A stretch of 32,000 nt of DNA from Mycobacterium leprae TN (GCF_000195855.1 NC_002677.1:1470001-1502000); one strand, 5' to 3'. Positions 1 through 11,447 are shown, numbered from the stretch's first letter. The notes: generated by a model from the sequence alone, not told the origin. Made by a program: numbers and translations.

Positions 1-239
1 TGCCTGTAGATGTAGTCCTAACGCTTCTGATAACCGCCGTCGGGGTGGTACAGTGCTGACGCTATATCTATTTAGCTATTATAGATATATGTAGGGGGCG
101 TTTGAAAGCAAATCTGCAGCAATCATATTGGTGGAGGGTTTGATAGCCGGCAGGGTTTGATGGCAGGTGTTGTTGCCATGATGGTCAGGTCTAGCGGTGT
201 GGCTGTCGCATCAGACGACTTGGCCGGCGGGTAGCCTCT

Positions 240-492
240 AAATATACGCACCTGGGGAAGCAGGGGTGTCTACCAAATGCCCCGGCAGAAGAACCCATAG
301 TAAGGGCGTGTTAGGGCGTAGCTTCGCCGGCGCGGATGGGTTGGTCAACGAAATTGACCAAGGTGGTGCTGGAACGTGAGTTGAATTCGGAGCTTCCCCA
401 ATCATTTGGGTATCGACGACATCACAAAGGTCACTGAAAGGGTCACTGAAAGCCAACTGTTCGTCATACTCGACGCGGAACTTAGCCCGTAA
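240..492 (+). pseudogene. C-terminal remnant of an upstream modular polyketide synthase (tail/docking region), disrupted
   Basis: Frame 1 reads ...NHLGIDDITKVTERVTESQLFVILDAELSP* and ends at TAA 490-492, directly abutting ATG 493 of the next PKS. This resembles the acidic C-terminal tails of modular PKSs. An in-frame TGA lies at 382-384 upstream, and no long ORF is present. The gene probably continues off the left edge of the window. Confidence 0.3.
429..452. repeat. Perfect 2 x 12-bp tandem duplication (ggtcactgaaag)
   Basis: Read directly: 429-440 and 441-452 are identical. The duplication is in frame (VTER/VTES) within the decayed PKS tail. Confidence 0.9.
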
Positions 493-3400
493 ATGTCTGA
501 CGACGTGGCGATTATCGTCGTGCCGATTCCCCGGTTGCCGGCCAGCCCGCGCGACTTCTGGTGTGTCGTGCGCGACGGACGTGAAGTCACGCAATCGGCA
601 GTTGACAACGTGGTCAATTTTGATGCCAACTTCTTATCGCCACGCTAGGCGAGTGCGATGGACCCTAGGTAGCGATTGGTGCTCAAGTTGATATGGGGAA
701 CTACTTGAGGACGCGTTCGTCGTGCCAAAAACGATACTAGGACAACAGGTCGCGGTCTCCTCTCGGAGCGATTAACGACGATTACGCATTCCTGACGTTT
801 GTTGCGGTTAACGTTGCTTCTGACTCTTTAGCTAGCACCAGTCGAGGGCTGATTGCCAACAGGGTGTCGTATTTCTTCGGGATGGGCGGCACCAGGGTGA
901 CCGTTGATTCCAGTCAATCATCTTCTCTGGTGGCGGTTTACCTCACCTGTGGAAGTCTACGAACCGGTGCGTCGCCGCTAGCGGTTCTCCGGTGGCATCC
1001 CTCTCAACCTGGCGAGCGAAACCGTGTTATTGAAAAAGGAGTTTGGGGCATTTTCGGTGTCTGGCCACATCTAAGCGTTTGTTGGGCGCTCGGATGGATA
1101 TGTACCTTTACAGAGTGAAGGTGGCGGGTGGTTTCTGCTGAAGTTGTTACTTATTGCCGTTGACGATGGCGATAGAATCCATGCGATCATTCGTGGCAGC
1201 GCGGTTGGCAATGCCGGGCACAGCCGTCGCAGGGTTGACCGTTCCGTCCGTTTCAGGACAAGTCGTGTGATACGGAGTGCACTGTGCATTACCGGCATGG
1301 ATAGCACTGAAGTCCACTAGGTTGAGGAGCACGTAGTCGGCATCAAAATTGGCTACTCGATCTAGGCAAGGGTACCAGAGGAAATAGTCACCGATTGCCA
1401 GGACCGTCCAGTACGTGTAGCTTCAATGAAGATTGACATTGGCTACGCTGGTGGAGCAGCCGAAATCACTGGCCTGATCAAGATCGTCCTGTCGATCGAA
1501 TAGCGTATTGATTCCATCAAATTTCAACTTCGCGGACACCGGTCATGGCATCGATCTGGAAAGTCTAGGACTGCGCGTCGACACGACGCTGACACCGTGA
1601 TCGGTGCACAGTGAGTTGTTCTGGGCAGGAGTATCATTGTTCGGAACGGGTGGTACTAGCGCGCTTGTTTTTCTAGATAAGCACCAATTGTAGCGGAAAG
1701 TGTTGTTGCTTAACTGGATAACGATGTGGTCACCCTTCCTTGTGTGGTGTCCGCGTCGTTCGACGCAGGCGTTGGCAGATACGGAGGAACGGTTGTTGGC
1801 GGGCGTGGGTCAGCAACCTACGTTCGATATTGCGGGTGTCAGTTTCTCGTTGGTGACGACGTGGTCGGTGTTCGAGCCTCGGCTGGTACCGTGAGGGGTT
1901 GATCTTGGATATTTGTTTACAGAGCTGGCGGGGTTGATTTCCAGTGAGCTAGTCGTGGATGTTCTTGTAGAACAAGACTATTCGTTAGGCAAGATGGCTT
2001 TTGTGTTTCCCAGGTAGAATTCCCAGTGTTTGGGGAGAGGAGCAGCAATTTTTATCAACGATTTTTTGTTTTTGCTAACTATTTTGATGACGCTGCCGAC
2101 GTCTTGGATCCGCATCTGCGATTGCCTTTGCGGTAGAAGAATTGGGATAAGGATGCGGTTCTGTTGGAAAATCCTGAGTTTGCCCAGCCGGCTTTGTTTA
2201 CCGTGGAGATTTGGCTTTGGCTGCTTTGTTGCAAGGCTGCGGTGTGGTGTCCGATTTTGCGTACGGTCATTCATGTAGGGTAGATCAGCATGACGTATGA
2301 AGCGGGGATGTTATAGCTGGGGATGCGGCGGCGATAGCTCGGGTTCGGTTGATATTTGCGGTGGCCGCCAATGAGGCGGAGATTGCGCCGTTGTTCGATA
2401 GGGGGTATCGCGATTGTCAATGGGTCTGATGCGGTGGTTATTTCGGTGCTGCAGGTCGCAGTGGGCGCACTGTTGGATCGGTTGGTGGGCCAGGGTCGCT
2501 GGGTGCATAGGTTGGTGGTTTCGCATGTGTTTCATGCGGTGCTGATGGAAACGATGGTGAAGGAGTTTTCCCGGATGCTGGATCAGGTGTCGATGGCCGA
2601 GTCACGGATTGGTTTGGTATCAAATATGACTGGGAAGTTGCCTAGGGATGGATATTAGGTCAGCGGTTAGCGCAGTATGTTGGGTGGAACATGCGTGTCG
2701 TCCGGTGCGCTTTGCCGACAGTGTGGGGTCGGTGGAGTCTTTGTGGGTTCGCGAGGTTGTTGGGTGGGATCCGGTGTGGGGTTGACCGTGGCGGTGGAAC
2801 AGTCGTTGTTCGGTGAGCGTGCCGCTTCGGTGGCGGTGTTGGCTAAGGATCTACCGTAAGTGGATTCTGCGTTCGGCGCACTGGGTGGTTGTTCACTGCG
2901 GATGCGCGGCTGAATTGGGGTGTGATGTTTGAAGGGTTTGGGGGTCTGCAGGGTAGACGTTGCCAACGTATGCATTTGTGCAGCAGCCATTTTGCTAAGA
3001 TACAGGGAGGGTGTGGGGTGGGTCATACTAACACCGGTGCAGCTCAGTTGTTGCAATAATTTGCTCCGCAAGAACTGCACCGTTACTTGGTTGAACCGGT
3101 GTGTATGCATACGGCAATTATCTGGGATCACTCGGGAAGCTGGGACATTGATGCTCAGCGTGCGTTTCAAGGCTTCGGATTTGAGTTACTGACTGGGGTG
3201 AACTGCGTGACCATCTCAAAGCCGTAACCGGGCTGGGCAGATTAGCGCTTTTGCGCATTCTGCTCTGCTCTTCGACTGTCCCACTCCAGCGGGCCTGGCC
3301 GATTACCTTGGTTAGCAACTGTCTAGCATTTACCGCGAACAATCCGACGAGAGAAGATGGTTTCTGCTGCGAAAGATTTCTATACGCGAGCTGCGTAACG

Positions 3401-3547
3401 CCGGATGGCTGGACAAACTGTTACTGGTGGCAGGTAGTCTAGGAAAGTCTCTGGTTGGAGCCAGCTGTCAGTGACGATAGCATCGACTCGTTAAGTGCCG
3501 AAGAGTTGATTGCGATGACGATAAAACCAGTCGACGACAGCCATTGA
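493..3547 (+). pseudogene. Type I polyketide synthase pseudogene, KS-AT-ACP architecture (pks9-like)
   Basis: ATG 493 gives MSDDVAIIVVPIPRLPASPRDFW, matching the KS N-terminus EPIAIVGMACRFPG. The KS active-site block at 864-940 reads VSYFFGMGGTRVTVDSSQSSSLVAV against the consensus DTACSSSL, so the nucleophile Cys is now Gln. The block IAVDDGDRIHAIIRGSAVGNAG lies at about 1153-1220. The AT block VSHVFHAVLMETMVKEF lies at about 2520-2570 (HAFHSxLMEPM motif). The ACP end FDCPTPAGLADYLG lies at about 3271-3312. The tail DSIDSLSAEELIAMTIKPVDDSH* ends at TGA 3545-3547. These blocks lie in different frames and are separated by many stops. Confidence 0.8.
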
Positions 3548-3954
3548 TCAAATCGTATTTGGTACGTACAATTAGGCACAGTACCGGTTGAAATATAACG
3601 GATGTTAAATATTGTTTTTGTGACTACGAAAAGGGCTGTCCAGGCTTCGTATTTGTGGCGGAAATCGAGTGAATTGTAACGATTTTGTTTAGCATTTGGC
3701 TAAGCCTATGTGGCCAGTGTGCGGGTGGGTAGAGGGGGCGATATCTGCCGCTATGGTTGGTTAGCTTGGATGCTCAAATCGTGAAGCGATCTTAATTAAT
3801 CAATGCTAATAATTGTAAATGCAACAGATGTTGAATAAGTGGTTTTTTGCACGACTGCAAAAGACATCTAAAATTTCAGGGTTTGTGGAATCCTATTCTG
3901 CGATACAGATGGGATGTTGGAAAGTATTGATAGTGGTGACTACAGAGGCAGGAT

Positions 3955-5005
3955 ATGAGTGTCATCGCAGGTGTATTCAGTATGTTTCCACCGCATCGAT
4001 ATAGCCAGAGCGAGGTTACCGATTCTTTTGTTCAATTTCTGGATTGAAAGAGTACGAGCAGATAGTTCGACGTATGCATGCCGGCACGAAGGTCAACAGT
4101 CGAAATCTGATGCTGTTGCTGGAAAAGTGAAGTTACGCCTAGCTGACCGACTTCAGCTAGGCGAACGAGATTTTCATCGCAAACGCAGTGGAATTTGGTT
4201 ATGATGCGCTAGAGGAGCGCTTGATGAGACAGGCTTGGGAACACCAAGATGTCGACACGATCGTCACCACGACGATCACCGGCTTCGCAGTACCTTCGCT
4301 GGATGCTAGATGCGCTGAACAGCTCGGTCTGCGCCTGGATGTCCGCCGAATGCCTCTGTTCGGCTTGGGGTGTGTGGCGGGGCAGCGGGGTTTGGGCCGG
4401 TTGCATGAAGATATTGTGTGGTGCTCCCAACGATGTCGCGGTATTGGTATTTGGTCTGCTCGCTCACCTATTCCGCGGTCAAACCAACTGTGTCGGGCTT
4501 GGTGTGGAGACGGTTCTGTTCGGCGAGCGCCGCACCGAAGACGGACAGATCTGTGCCAGTGTGCCGGACATCCGCGATTCGCGCAGCCGTCTCTACCCCG
4601 GAATCGCTGCACATCATGGGCTTGAATAGTCAATTATGCCAGCTTGTCGCTGGTACTGTCTCCGACCGGAGCTGACGAGTATTGTCGAATGACACCGAGC
4701 CGATGACGTCATTGGCTTCCTCGTAGCGCATGGTTTGATCAAGAACGATATTGGTGTGTGGGTTTAGCCATCCTGGTGGCCAAGGGTCATCTATGCGATC
4801 ACTATGAGACTCTTGAATTGCCTCCCGAGGCTCTTGAGTTGACCTGGTGCTCATTGAGCGAGATCGGTCAACCTCTGGTTGGTGTCAATACCGCACATTA
4901 TTGCGCGACACCATCGCCAAACCGCTACCCAACGGGAACTCAGGGCTGATGGTCGGGATGGGTTTCGGATTCTGCGCAGAATTTGTGCTACTGCGTTGGC
5001 ATTGA
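3955..5005 (+). pseudogene. Type III polyketide synthase (chalcone-synthase-like, pks10/pks11-like) pseudogene
   Basis: ATG 3955 gives MSVIAGVFSMFPPHRYSQSEVTDSFVQFLD* with a premature TGA; this parallels the mycobacterial Pks10/Pks11 N-terminus. Positions 4269-4382, in another frame, read TTITGFAVPSLDARCAEQLGLRLDVRRMPLFGLGCVAG, the type III PKS catalytic-Cys loop. The C-terminal ...FVLLRWH* ends at 5003-5005. Several frameshifts are present. Confidence 0.8.
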
Positions 5006-5032
5006 GTTGATGACCTCAACGGTCAGGCTCAG

Positions 5033-6060
5033 TCAGGGGATTAACGCAGCGAAGTTACGTGCCCGAACCCGGTGAGTGTAATGAGCGAGCAAATGCAACC
5101 TGGTTCTGGAAGCCAGTCGGGCGAGTATCACGGTCATCGAAGTGGTGGCCACGGCTGCTCCGAATACATCTGTGTCACCCGCTTGTGCGAACGCTGCCGC
5201 TAATTGACCCTTTCTAGAAAAGGTCAGGCGAGCAGCGACTTTCCCTCGTGGCGACCTCGTTCTCAAATGCGCGCGTAGCTCCCGTGTCAGCTACGTCACG
5301 GCGACGTGGTCGTATTGGGCATGCTCGACAAGTTCGGAGTGTTTTTAGCCGCGATCGCGATCTGGTTTAGGGAGGCGAGCGGATGGGCGATCGATCGACG
5401 TCAGCTGCTTCTCGGTAGCCGAGTGTAGTAAGTACCCAGTTATGCGGGACAAGGTGACTGCCCAGGAGATTAGGAAGTCCTCAGTCGCGGTCAGCGTGTT
5501 GGTATCGACGTCGTTGGTGGACTCGTCGAGAAACAGTACGTCCGGCTCGGATAACAAGGTGAGCATTAGCTGCAACTGCTGCCAGCTGGCTGCCGGAGAG
5601 TCCAGCTATTTGCGCGGACAACTGCCTCGCGGACGAAGCCGAGTCGCTCCAACAGCTGGACCGGGGGATTGCACGACCCTCGATTGGACAGCCGCCGCGT
5701 AGTCTGTTCAATACCTCGGTGATCCGGTTGTGTGCCAACGGTGCCAACTGATCGCTCTGCTGATCGAGCGCCGTTAGCCGGACGGTCTTGCCGTGCTTGA
5801 CGCGCCCGGAGTCAGGTGCAACGGTGTTGGTGATCAATCCCAGTAGCGTCGATTTTCCGGCGGTGGGGCATCGGAGCCTTAGCCGGACAAGACGCTGGTG
5901 CGCCTGCCATTGCTCACGCCGAGTGTGTGTGTGACCGACTCGAACACCACTTAATGTCAGATATTCCCGATGTTCGGGCGCAGTGCCCAATAGCCTGCCA
6001 CCGGGCCGACCTAAGCTGGCCAACGATGCCCGCTGCAGGGTGGTGGGAGGAGAGGTTGGG
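5033..6060 (-). pseudogene. ABC-F type ATP-binding protein fragment (Rv1667c/Rv1668c-like macrolide-transport ATPase), one domain only
   Basis: Minus-strand pieces include a degenerate Walker A (CPTAGKSTLLGLITNTVAPDSGRVKHGKTVRL), a signature remnant (LSGSQL for LSGGQ) and Walker B/D-loop (VLFLDESTNDVDTNTL). The pieces are split between frames (ORFs 5481-6023 and 5345-5575). No second ABC domain and no TM region is present. Confidence 0.6.
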
Positions 6061-6527
6061 CGATTCAGCGTGGGCTCGGTAACGACGTTGTCGTTACCGT
6101 CCAGCCAATCCGGCTAACGCCTCACCGCTACAGCACGGTCTTAATATGCAGTCGGTGACAAGTTGGCGCTCACCACAAGTGCAACTATCATGACTTTAGA
6201 CACCGCGTATCAAGGCTTTACGGTGTGTACTAGCGGTCCGCGCATAGCCTCTGAGACGGCCTGTAACCTGTGCTAGCTAGGTCCTTGGACAGTTCCGATC
6301 ATGTTGTGCGATGCGGGGAGCGCGTTGAGCACCAGGTGTTGGCAGGTAGGTTAGTCACCAGGACGGTCGCACACCCGCTAGCGCTTCGTGTTTCGGATCT
6401 CATCACTTCAATTCATCGGGACAAGGTGCGCAGGCGCTGCTTCTTATAGTAACTTTACTGTAGTCCTTTTGCACCATATACGTGTTGTTTTTCGCATTTA
6501 TACGCGTTTCAGCCGATGTTTTCCGGT

Positions 6528-6533
6528 TATAAT
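6528..6533 (+). promoter_or_regulatory. Candidate -10 hexamer TATAAT upstream of the enoyl-CoA hydratase gene
   Basis: An exact TATAAT lies in an AT-rich stretch 18 nt upstream of GTG 6551. This would give a very short leader. No -35 element was recognised and the call is purely sequence-based. Confidence 0.25.
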
Positions 6534-6550
6534 GGCTGCAAGCTGTTCGT

Positions 6551-7435
6551 GTGAGTCAGACTGATGCATCGTGCACTATTGCAGAGCTTCCCTATAGATC
6601 CGTCACGGACTTGGTCGTGCTGGATTTTCCGCGACCTGAGGTCGCGTTGATCACTCTTAATCGGCCCGGCCGGATGAATTCCATGGCTCTCGACCTTATG
6701 AAGTCGCTCAAGCAGGTTCTCAAAAGGATTACCTATGACCACTCGGTGAGGGTGGTCGTGCTTACTGGCGCGGGTCGAGGATTCTGCTCTGGTGCAGATC
6801 AAAAGTTCACGGCACCTGTGCCACAGGTCGAGGGGTTGACACAGCCGGTTCGCGCGTTGCGTGCCATGGAGCTTCTTGAAGAAGTCATCCTGGCTCTGCG
6901 GCGATTGCACCAACCTGTGATCGCCGCGATCAATGGTCCGGCCATCGGCGGTGGGTTGTGTCTGGCGTTGGCCGCAGACGTCCGGGTGGCTTCAACTAGG
7001 GCCTACTTTCGAGCTGCTGGCATCAACAACGGCCTTAGTGCCAGTGAGCTGGGGCTGAGCTATTTGCTGCCTCGGGCCGTCGGATCGTCGCGGGCTTTTG
7101 AAATCATGCTTAGCGGTCGCGATGTCGGGGCGGAGGAAGCCGAGCAGATCGGGCTGGTGTCATATCGGGTGTCGGACGATCGGCTTCTGGACACTTGCTA
7201 CTCCATCGCCGCGCGGATGGCGACGTTCTCGCGGTCTGGAACTGAGTTGACGAAGCGGGCTTTGTGGGGTGGCTTGGATGCCGCCAGTCTGGATAAGCAC
7301 ATGCAAAGCGAGAGCCTGGCACAGCTCTTTATAGCATTGCATACCAGCAATTTTGAAGAAGCGGCTGCCCCATGCACCGAGAAGCGGCCAACGGTGTTAG
7401 TCGATGCCAGAGGCTGCGCCACAAGCCCGGGGTAA
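6551..7435 (+). CDS. Enoyl-CoA hydratase/isomerase (crotonase) family protein
   Basis: A 294-aa uninterrupted ORF from GTG. Crotonase oxyanion-hole motifs are present: LTGAGRGFCSGAD and INGPAIGGGLCLALAADVRVA. The C-terminal FEEAAA..EKRP is typical of EchA proteins. I cannot decide from sequence alone which mycobacterial echA paralogue this is. Confidence 0.85.
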   Translation: MSQTDASCTIAELPYRSVTDLVVLDFPRPEVALITLNRPGRMNSMALDLMKSLKQVLKRITYDHSVRVVVLTGAGRGFCSGADQKFTAPVPQVEGLTQPVRALRAMELLEEVILALRRLHQPVIAAINGPAIGGGLCLALAADVRVASTRAYFRAAGINNGLSASELGLSYLLPRAVGSSRAFEIMLSGRDVGAEEAEQIGLVSYRVSDDRLLDTCYSIAARMATFSRSGTELTKRALWGGLDAASLDKHMQSESLAQLFIALHTSNFEEAAAPCTEKRPTVLVDARGCATSPG

Positions 7436-8029
7436 GGCTTTCGAATAACCATACTTCACGCTGATTGTTTGCTAACAAAGATTTTTTGCTAACAAGCATG
7501 GTCATTCCATGTCTTCCAAGTCACGCGATGAATTTTGTTGGTCTCGACATAATAGAAGCGAACTAGTTGTCGCAGCTGTTGGTTGGCGACCACGTTGTGA
7601 CATTGATCGGCAGCCGACAGAAGTAAAAGGCTGCTGATGTCACAGATAGTCGCTCAAGCGGTGGATGACTTAATGGTCAGAGGCACTCTGGCATGTCGAT
7701 CTAGGGCCGACCACCGACTCGCAATTGGAACAGAGGGAGCACTTGACACCTTGGATCTTAGAGGGAACACATTGAGCATGCGATGACGATACCTAGGATA
7801 TCATAGGCCAGTGTCGACCTCACTGTTACCTGTGGTGATGGTGGACCGAGCCGTTCGAACCTGACCAGACTGATCCGCGACCCCTGCGTGCGGCTCCGGG
7901 ATCGGTGCGGGAGGGCGGCATATGAACTCGTCATCGGGCAGCGCGTATATCTTCTTGCAGTAGTTAAGTATTTATGACGTACCACGACCGGGACTGAGCG
8001 GTTTGTCGTGGATTGGCTCAACGCACACG

Positions 8030-10040
8030 GCTGGCGGGGTGAGGGTACCGTGCTCCCGGGATGAGATGTTCTGACTCGGCCGCTGGATTGGTGGCGTGCC
8101 GATAGCCAACTAAGGATGAGCTCGCTGACTTCGTAATCGCTGAACGTCGGTAGAGGTGCGCGCGGACGACTTTTGCAATGTGGCCGTGACCAAGCACCTT
8201 CTGGTAGGCAGGGTTACTTAGCCCGCATTGTTCAATCTATGTAGTGAGCAGCGGGCCCAGGAAGTGAGCGCTGTGTTCGCACGTTTAGGAGAAAACGGTG
8301 TTCGAATGTAACGGCAATCCATGAAGGAGTGCGGCCGGTCGAACAGGACGAGAGCGATACCTTCATGATGCTCTTCGCTTGTGTGTCGCGGATGCTATGG
8401 CAGCGGCATTAGACTTGCAGCGAGCCCAGCTGGACCGATCCGGTTCCGTATTGGGGTGCCCATCCCGGGGAGGTGCGGTTGCGTGATGAGGGTAGTTACG
8501 TTGGTTCGATCGTCAACCGGACTGCGCGCCTACGCAACTTGGCGCATGGAGGCCAGACCTTGCTGTTAAGTGCTACCGAGAACTTGATGGTTGCTCGGCT
8601 CTTTAGCGGGGCCTGGTTGACCCATCTGGGGTATTCACCGGATGCGTGGTCTGCCCCGGCCTGAGCGGGTGGTGCAGCTGTGTAATGCTGATTTGCAGGT
8701 TGAGTTCCCGCCGTTGCGGGCCACTTATGACCTGCTAAACTACGTTTTCCTCTGCAGCTAAACGATTTTCGTCGGGCACTGCGGACAACCCAACGAGGTT
8801 CAGCAGTTGATGGCCGGTAATCGGGCTGTTCACCCTGACCGGTGTTGGTGGTGTGAGCAAGACACGGCTATCGTTGCAGGTAGCGGTCCAATTTGTCGGT
8901 GAGGTCGGCGGTGGGTGGTACGTGGATTTGGTATTGATCAGCGATTCGGATCTGGCGCCGGCCAAGGTTGCCTGTGAGCTGGGTCTGCGCGACCAACCTG
9001 ACCGCTCCACCGTGGACGTAGGCTATATTTCTTCGCCGGGCGTCAGGCGCTACTAGTGGGCTGGATAACTATGAACATCTGGTGGGAGGCTACCGCGGCG
9101 TTGGTGTCGCGTCTGACGGACGCAGGTCCACGCGTGAGGGGGTGACTGACTATGGCGCGAACGTTTTCGTCTCGCGGGCGAGGTGAGCGGGTGGATGCCG
9201 GCACTGTCTGTAAACGATTAGGTCATCGAATTGTTTTTTGTGACCGGGCGCAGACGGATTTCCGGCTTATCGATGTCCACTCGACGGCTGCAATGGCGAT
9301 CCGTGGCCGCCTGTATGGTGTTTGTCACGGGCGATTGAGCTAGTGTCGGTCTGTGTTCGGGCGCTTTCACCGGCTGAGATGGTTGATAATTTAGATGACT
9401 GTTTCCACTTGCTGACCTGGCAACGTCTGCATGGTGGTGGCCCGTCAACACACTCTGTGGGCTTCGGCGGACTGGTCCCATGCGCTGTTGATCAGGCCGG
9501 AACCGGTTGTGTTCCGCTGGGTGGCAGTGTGTGGACTGTTTCTTCCTGGGTGCTGCGGAAGCCGTCGCGGTTGTGGTGAGGTGGAGCCCTGTCGGGTACA
9601 CGCGATGCGCTCACGCTGCTTGTTGACCAGTCGTTGGTGGTCACCGACGATAGTGGCTGGTCGAGCATTATATCGGCTGTCGAAGACGGTGTGTCAGTAC
9701 GTGCTGGATAAACTTGACGAGTCTGGGGAGATTTGCACGCTGTGCGGCTGCGGCGCAGCGACTACTACGTGAGACTGGCCGCTCTGCTTAACGTTAATGC
9801 CTCGGATGACACTGACTATGGCAAGTGCCTTAAACAGGCAGAGGTCGAAATAAACAAGTCGAAATAAACAACTTGCGCGCCGCCTTTATGTGGACCTTGC
9901 GAGAGCTCCGACACTGGACTCGCGCTGGTGCTGTCGTCTTCACTGCAGCCCACATGGCTGGCATGTGGCCACATTACGTTAAGGGCAAGCCTGGCTTGAT
10001 GCTGTTCTCTGCCGGCAAGGATGGCGGTTAACTTATGCTA
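8030..10040 (+). pseudogene. Large LuxR-family regulator pseudogene (N-terminal adenylate/guanylate cyclase domain plus P-loop ATPase; Rv2488c/Rv0386-like)
   Basis: Cyclase block: ...DAMAAALDLQRAQL...GEVRLRDEGSYVGSIVNRTARLRNLAHGGQTLLLSATENL (8390-8600). P-loop block: LTGVGGVSKTRLSLQVAVQFVGEVGGGWYVDLVLISDSDLAPAKVACELGLRDQPDRS (8840-9010). Later blocks LVDQSLVV and EIDNLRAAF-like text lie at 9600-9900. The frame changes repeatedly and stops are frequent. The 3' limit is uncertain, and faint HTH-like text at about 11150-11330 may be its displaced C-terminus. Confidence 0.7.
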
Positions 10041-10199
10041 CCGCTTGTGATGTGCGCGAGAGTGCTTGCCGAGAAGGTTGTGCTCGACATCTTTTGTCGA
10101 TGTTACCGCGGGCATAGAGTATACCAACCGGCCTTGCAGATTGCTTGTGAAGTTGACGACCGCGCTTTGCTGTCTTCGGGTACTCACGGAATGCGGGTT

Positions 10200-10986
10200 A
10201 AGCGCTGTGATGGCCGGTTACGACGTTGCTGACCGTTATGTTACCGAGGTACTTGGTCTTGCCCGAGCCTCAAACGATCTGGTGGAGGTTGAGCTCAGAT
10301 CCCCCGCGTTAGCGACACGGCTGATGTGTATCGCCGGTATTGACGATGTAGGCTGCAATAAGTGCAGCATTCGTACGACTGAGTACGACAAGTCTTCGCC
10401 GCCGCAGCATCCCGACCGGCTCGATCGTTCCTGCTCAATGCTGTCATTACCCGGATCAGTGGCAGGTAAGGGATTGCACATATGTGTGGACGCTGCAAAG
10501 GGTGTGCCATACCACGTTTTGTGTGGACGTGTTCTCCCACCCCATCCTGGGCTGGCAGGTGATGACCAGCAAGACCGCGGGTGCTTGGTCACATCGGTGC
10601 TTGAGCAGACGCTACTCACCCCCTATTGCACATAGCTCCATTCTCTATAACCGATTTGATTCATCACTTGGACGCGGGATCAATATACGTCGATCGCGTT
10701 CACCGAGGCGCTGCACGAGGCCGGTATCGCCGGATCCATCAGCAGTGTCGGCGACGCTTTGGACAACGTGTTTATGGATTCTGCTATAGGGACGGTACAA
10801 ATCTGAATTAATCGACCAACATGCGACCTTCACCGGTCGCGTCGAACTGGAACGGGAAACCACCTCCTGGGTGCACTAGTACAACACGATCGAGACTCCA
10901 CCTCATCAATATCAATCCAATACCGACCACCAGTCGCATACGAACAGCGCTACCAGCAGACAGCCACCCCGACCGAAGTGACATGA
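10200..10986 (+). mobile_element. IS3-family transposase (OrfB, DDE/rve integrase core) relic, frameshifted
   Basis: Pieces in three frames: RLMCIAGIDDVG...TTEYDKSSPPQHPDRLDR (matches RLMRE.GL...APDLLDRDF); TTFCVDVFSHPILGWQVMTSKTAG (matches VIDVFSRRIVGW); DQYTSIAFTEALHEAGIAGSISSVGDALDNVFMDSAIGTV (matches GSQYTSIAFTERLAEAGI.SIGSVGDAYDNALAES); and IPPVAYEQRYQQ...* ending at 10984-10986. I could not identify terminal inverted repeats. Confidence 0.65.
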
Positions 10987-11447
10987 ACCAATAATCTCCG
11001 ACAGCTCCAGAACAGTTCAAGATGCGTCCAAGATTGCCTTCTCGGTTTTTGGAGTTAAGCCGATCTCGGTAGTGGCAGCCATCGCTAATCCCTTGCTGCC
11101 GTGGTTGGCCGTTACTGGCCATATTGTGCACCACGGCGGTGACAACTTGTCAGCTGTTCTTTCCCAGCATGTTGGCGCGTCAAGCTCGGACAAGTCGTCA
11201 GCGACCTTGCCTCCGCAGTCTGTACCGGCTTGACCTGTGGCAACAACAATGCACAGAGAATGCATGTGGGCATCTGCTGATCGCAAAACATCCTTTGAAC
11301 TGCGACGGAACAAGTGTGCTTGGCAGGATTTGACCCTGTAGTCGTCGGATGAGGAGGGTAGCACCCTGCATCATGAAACAGAAGGCTTGTTGCTATATAA
11401 GTGCTACACGCTGGACTACTTTGGACAGGAAAATCTGCTCTGACCAG

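Noticed and set aside
63-89. A 9-bp inverted repeat tatatctat / atagatata with a 9-nt spacer in an AT-rich patch. Nearby is an imperfect 17-bp direct repeat agggtttgat... at 135-167.
   Set aside because: These are short AT-rich palindromes in what is probably degraded PKS coding sequence. No adjacent functional gene is available for them to regulate.
238-594. A 118-aa minus-strand ORF at the left end of the window.
   Set aside because: It lies antisense to clearly recognisable PKS tail and KS N-terminal text on the + strand. It has no domain signal and is an antisense artefact of GC-rich DNA.
5481-6023. A 180-aa ORF that could be taken for a small intact ABC ATPase.
   Set aside because: Walker A is degenerate (CPTAGKST), the signature is LSGSQL, and the Walker B region lies in a different frame (ORF 5345-5575). 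It is a fragment of an ABC-F gene lacking its first cassette.
6077-6099. A perfect 10-bp inverted repeat with a 3-nt loop (cggtaacgac-gtt-gtcgttaccg).
   Set aside because: There is no U-tract on either strand and it is not next to any live gene end. It is an orphan hairpin in decayed DNA, and I cannot support a terminator or operator call.
7468-7495. A direct repeat tttgctaacaa occurring twice, 17 bp apart, just after the echA stop.
   Set aside because: The repeat is only 11 bp, AT-rich, and without dyad symmetry or a downstream gene. There is insufficient evidence for a binding site.
10066-10635. A 189-aa + strand ORF that looks like a possible intact gene.
   Set aside because: Its translation is a chimera. 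Only short stretches (RLMCIAGIDD..., PDRLDR) match IS3 OrfB, and the rest of the transposase motifs are in the other two frames. It is part of the frameshifted relic, not a gene.
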